Assembly: GCF_018977255.1 (NCBI RefSeq)
Contig: NW_024704743.1
Span: forward strand, 22,384,001 to 22,448,000
Direction of reading: 5' to 3'
Length of the DNA: 64,000 nt
Source of the DNA: Callorhinchus milii
Lineage: Eukaryota
The notes under the pieces were generated by a model. The model worked only from the letters and a program-made list of their open reading frames with translations, made no database searches and was not told the DNA's origin. Shown one piece after another: positions 59,791 through 64,000 of this stretch (position 1 is the first letter of the stretch; every line of letters begins with the position of its first letter). The position numbers were made by a program, and so were the translations under genes.

Positions 59791-60104
59791 GGCTTGGACA
59801 CGAGTTCCTCCTTGTGTCCAAGCCAGCAATTCTCCAGTTAATTGATTATTTAAGTTATAGGACTTTGCTGTCTGCAAATGGCTGCTGCATGTACCTACAA
59901 AAGCACTCATTATACTTAACAGTAGTTCCTGTAAAGTAATTTAATATGTTTCAACATAAAGCACTATAAAAATGCAGCTTATGTGTGTTGATGATATTCT
60001 TACTTCAAACCAATGAGACCTCTGCAATATAACTAGCTTTAGGATGGTCTTACCCAAATTAACAAGGATCAATGTAAGATTATCCAAACAGTAACTTACA
60101 CAGA

Positions 60105-60530
60105 TTCTTTTTGTCAGCCGGGTGTCTGACAATTGCAGAAACCCATCATCGTGCTTAAAAGTGTCAAACCAAACCATGTGTACCACCTATACGTGGAAAT
60201 TCCCATGATTGGAATGGAATGCACACTCTCACCCTGGAGGGATGCATCCTGCTTACCTAATTCCAGAGAATATTAGGTGCAGGATGATTTGAAGCCAAGC
60301 TTGGGAGCCCCAGCGTGTGTTTTCTGGGGTACTGCTGGTTTTACCTGCTAACACTACACAACTTGCTTATCATTGAAAGTATTGTCTGGCAAACATCCCG
60401 CTACTTGTCCACCTAATACCAGCCTACCTGTTAGGACTTTGGCTTGCAGGGTTAACAGGAGCTGAGTGGGATTAATCACTGGCACGATTAATGGTCTTCC
60501 CCTCCAAGTCCTACTGATAAGTCAGACTGG
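60105..60530 (-). mobile_element. unclassified ~600-bp element, 3' two-thirds
   Basis: T-tract plus TGTCAGCCGGGTGTCTGACA hairpin, then colinear body. Confidence 0.78.
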
Positions 60531-61842
60531 TTGGTCACTGAGAAGTATGAGAGGAGCTCAGGTCAGGAGCAGTGGTGAAAACATGGATAGAGACATAAAA
60601 TATTAAGTTTAAAACACTTAGGGAAAGTCCAATAGCAGATTTAGAATGTTAAAAAAACTGGTTTTGTAGTAGTACTCAAACAGAACTGTGTGGATGTGTA
60701 TAGCTACACAACATTTGCATTCAGATCAGAGCAGGGAAAGAATGGACTGGACTCAGCAATTTAACTGTAGTCAACCAGAATTGTGTCACATTGTGTAAAA
60801 CTTTATGTAAGAGTCTGTGGCTTTATTTTTGGGTAATGAAACAGTAGGAAACTGTCAATCAAGAATATATTGGAAAATAAATATTTTAAATTCACCAACT
60901 AGTGGCTCCTATCATGTTTATACTCCACAAGAGAATCCATCCTATTCCCTCCTCCCCAGGCTCCCCCATAAGCCTCTATTCCATTCTCTCCCAGAATTTG
61001 AGGACACATTAGACTTTAACCTTGTGTTATTTACACAAAAAATCTGATTTTTATAGCCTTCAGCCATAATAAAATGCCATCTTTATCTTTACACATTAGC
61101 CTTGTAAAGAACATTCTGAAATATTCTGAGGACTACAGAACCAACTCCGCCCCTTTATTGCTCACATGAGTCATTAGCTTATATTACATTCTCATTTCTA
61201 CATGATTTATGCCTTTCAAGTTTGGTGATGGATGCATATGTGCTAAACTGCATGTTACAATATGAAAAACTGCACTGCAGTATAGGTCAAAAATAAATCA
61301 GTGGTATGGGATGCATATTTTATTTTATTACGCCACAATTTTAATCCTGATGGACTGAAGTCAAAGGCACATACAAAGATTAAATGACATTTAGATAACA
61401 AGCAGAACAATACAACTCTATCTTTATGACAGACAATCTATATATTTGTTTATTTGTACAATATCTATTACTAATAATAATCCTTGAATTTGACATAGAG
61501 CCTTATTGCATTATTGCAACTGTTATTGCTGCACGGATCCAAAGCTTATTGGATTTTAATCAGATTACTCAATTTGATAAGTTTCTCGTTTGCTGTTAAT
61601 GTATGCTGTCCATATTGATGACTTACATTTGTTTTAGCATTGATTTCTTTCAGGGAACAACGGCAAAGACTGCTTTTTTTACTTTTGTTAAACAATACTG
61701 ACAACTGTTCAGGAACTCAGAGTAACCATTGCTGGACACCAGCTAATGACTTATCCTAAAGTACTGTTACATTAAACAAATTATCCTTTTTAACTGGAAT
61801 TCCACATCAAACAGAAAGTATATTTAATGTCAGAGAATATAA

Positions 61843-62315
61843 TTTTTTGGTCAGGTGGATTTCTGACACAGGTGGTAACGCATTACCAAGTTTCCAAACC
61901 AGACACAGTTCTGCATATATGCCTTCTATGCATTGAAATTTCCCTATGTCTGTAATGGAGTGCACACTCTCTGCCTGGAGGGACGCATTCTGCTTATCTA
62001 ATTCCGGAGAATATTAGATGAAGGTTGGCAAGAGTCAAAGTTTCGGGACCCCAGAGCCAGCTAAAACTGTATAGCTTGGCATCGAAAACAGTTTCTGACA
62101 AACATCTCCTTGCTTGTCCAAGCCAGCCTGTCCATTAGCTCTTGACTTCCAGGGTTAAGTGGAGCTGAATGAGAATAATACAGCTGCCAGTGACTGTCTG
62201 CCTCTCCAAGTCCTGCCGATGAGAGAACCTGGCTGGGCTGTCATCAGCAGTGCCCTGGCATACTTCAGACCTGCCTGCCTCAGGAATCGGATGACTAAAA
62301 TTGCCACAGAGGATT
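61843..62315 (-). mobile_element. unclassified ~600-bp element, copy
   Basis: Colinear body and T-tract. Confidence 0.78.
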
Positions 62316-62477
62316 CAAAAAAGCATCCTTTAGAGTCAGGATTGCTTCTCAAATTCTGCTTTCTGGAGGGAAACAACTATATAGAAAATGCTGATTGCTA
62401 GGTTGTACAATGGCATTTTCCCCTTGGGCCAATAAAGAGATAATTATCAAGTCAAATTGTTGTAATTTGATAGAAAG

Positions 62478-63047
62478 CCTCCAAGGGCTGAGCTGGCTCC
62501 AAGGTAATGTCGTCGGTGATAAAAGGTTGGAATTTTAGGAACCCTCCTTGGGCAATCTCAGTCTATTTCCTGAATCAGGTAGATCTGTTGTACTCCAAAG
62601 CATAGCTGATGACAGACCAGCCAGCATGGTTCATTGAAAGACTTGAAGGGGAAATTAGAAAATGGGGATATAAATTCTTCCTACTCTTCCTTTGACATGC
62701 TGTTAGCCCAGCAAGTCGAAGCCCCAATGTTTAGGGTGGTACTAGCTGGACAAACAGCAGGAAGCTTGAAAGACAGTGCTTTCAATGGCAAGTTATATGA
62801 TTTTAGCTGATTAAACTCCAGCAGTATATCAATTCATGCACTGTGGTTCCCGAGCCTTTCTCTCTCGGCAACTTGTCCCTTTCCAGAGTAAGATAAGCAG
62901 GACCACCCTTCAGGGAGAGAGAAAGTGTATGTTCCATTTTAGACACAGAGAAATTTTCATGGGTAGATGCCACCATATGTGAAATTCTCAATCTGGTTTG
63001 GATATTCCTCAGCATTCACATTTCTAAGACACCCAGCTGACCAAAAA
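62478..63047 (+). mobile_element. unclassified ~600-bp element, diverged full-length copy
   Basis: Colinear; ends AGACACCCAGCTGACCAAAAA. Confidence 0.75.
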
Positions 63048-64000
63048 TCCCCACCAAGGCAGAGTGAGCACAGTGCAAAGCCACTTACTCGATCAATACA
63101 GTGTGCAAGACTCATCAGGGTTCTTCAAAGGAGCTGACCTGCCAGTGATTCCTACTGCAGAGGTCAGCTGGGTGATCTACGAGCTCGATTCTTGGGGACT
63201 CCATACTGCACACCATTCTCCACTTGGTGTCCAAGCTGCTATCAGGTTATCACCAATCCTCCCAGCCCTCTGCCAAAGTGATTCTGAAATCACTCACTGG
63301 GAATTGTGAAACAATGACTTTCCTCTCACTGTGGGAAGGGCTTGGTCTCAGTGGGCAGTCCTGAATTCAGTGTGGCTCTACATGTAAAGAGCAAGGAGCG
63401 TCAATGTGCACGTATGCCTCTGTACAGGTTATTTTGGATGTGTCAGCCATCTGGCTGACCAAAAATCTCAGAAGCTCCCTCCACTCAGTGGGCTCCGGCC
63501 TGCTTCAAGTCCCCCGCCTTGCCCGCCCCACCATTGGCGGGTGGGCCTTCTGCCACTCTGCCCCTACCCTCTGGAACTCCCTCCAGCAGTCCCTTAGCCT
63601 CACCCTCTCCCTTGCCTCCTTCAAGACATCCTCCCAACATGAAAGTCGCTATACAAATGTAATTTTGTTGTTGTTTTGCTGATAAATTTTGTGTGCAAGA
63701 CCCATATAATTAATATTCTATTCGTAATATATTTTGTAAGTAGGTTTGTGTTCATCAAAGTTGTTTAATTTGAGTTTATTGCATTGGTAAAATCTTCAAA
63801 ATGAGCTTGAAAGGCGAAGTGGATGAACAGTTAACTAAAAGTGTCCATTAATCTGCTGACAATCTTTACATGAAATCGCTTAATTTGCATGTATGTTCAC
63901 AACCATTGGGCAAGGAAGTCCGTTACCATTAAATATAATGACTTTGAAATGCACACTTACAATAAGATTTTCCCAATGTGAAAGCAACTTGTTATTTCTA

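Noticed and set aside
49700..64000. BBS9 or other coding exons to the right of GGCT
   Set aside because: No MSLFKARDWW-like exon or other recognisable coding exon was seen. Small exons could have been missed by eye.

Overview
Eukaryotic (vertebrate) genomic DNA. The repeat content (tRNA-Ala/CORE/Deu SINEs, abundant L2 LINEs, shark-type CR1 tails, Penelope-like palindromes) points to a cartilaginous fish, probably a holocephalan; this is an inference. Two complete spliced genes sit head-to-head on a 285-bp CpG promoter. RP9/PAP-1 is on the minus strand (6 exons, 43387->30163, 214 aa). A gamma-glutamylcyclotransferase (GGCT family) is on the plus strand (4 exons, 43673 or 43748->49092, 226 or 201 aa). 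The GGCT has an in-frame upstream ATG giving a signal-peptide-like extension and carries five N-glycosylation sequons, suggesting a secreted form of a normally cytosolic enzyme. Two G-rich minisatellites bracket the shared promoter and produce the long spurious ORFs at 42.3-46.4 kb. A ZNF143-type promoter with candidate first exons of an unidentified minus-strand gene lies at 1.1-1.9 kb, and another candidate first exon at 14.7-14.8 kb. The rest is mostly retroposon debris: L2, CR1, Tx1, SINEs, a Tc1/mariner MITE, degenerate hammerhead-bearing palindromes, and about 11 copies of an unclassified ~600-bp hairpin-rich poly(A)-tailed element. Repeat boundaries are approximate and read by eye.
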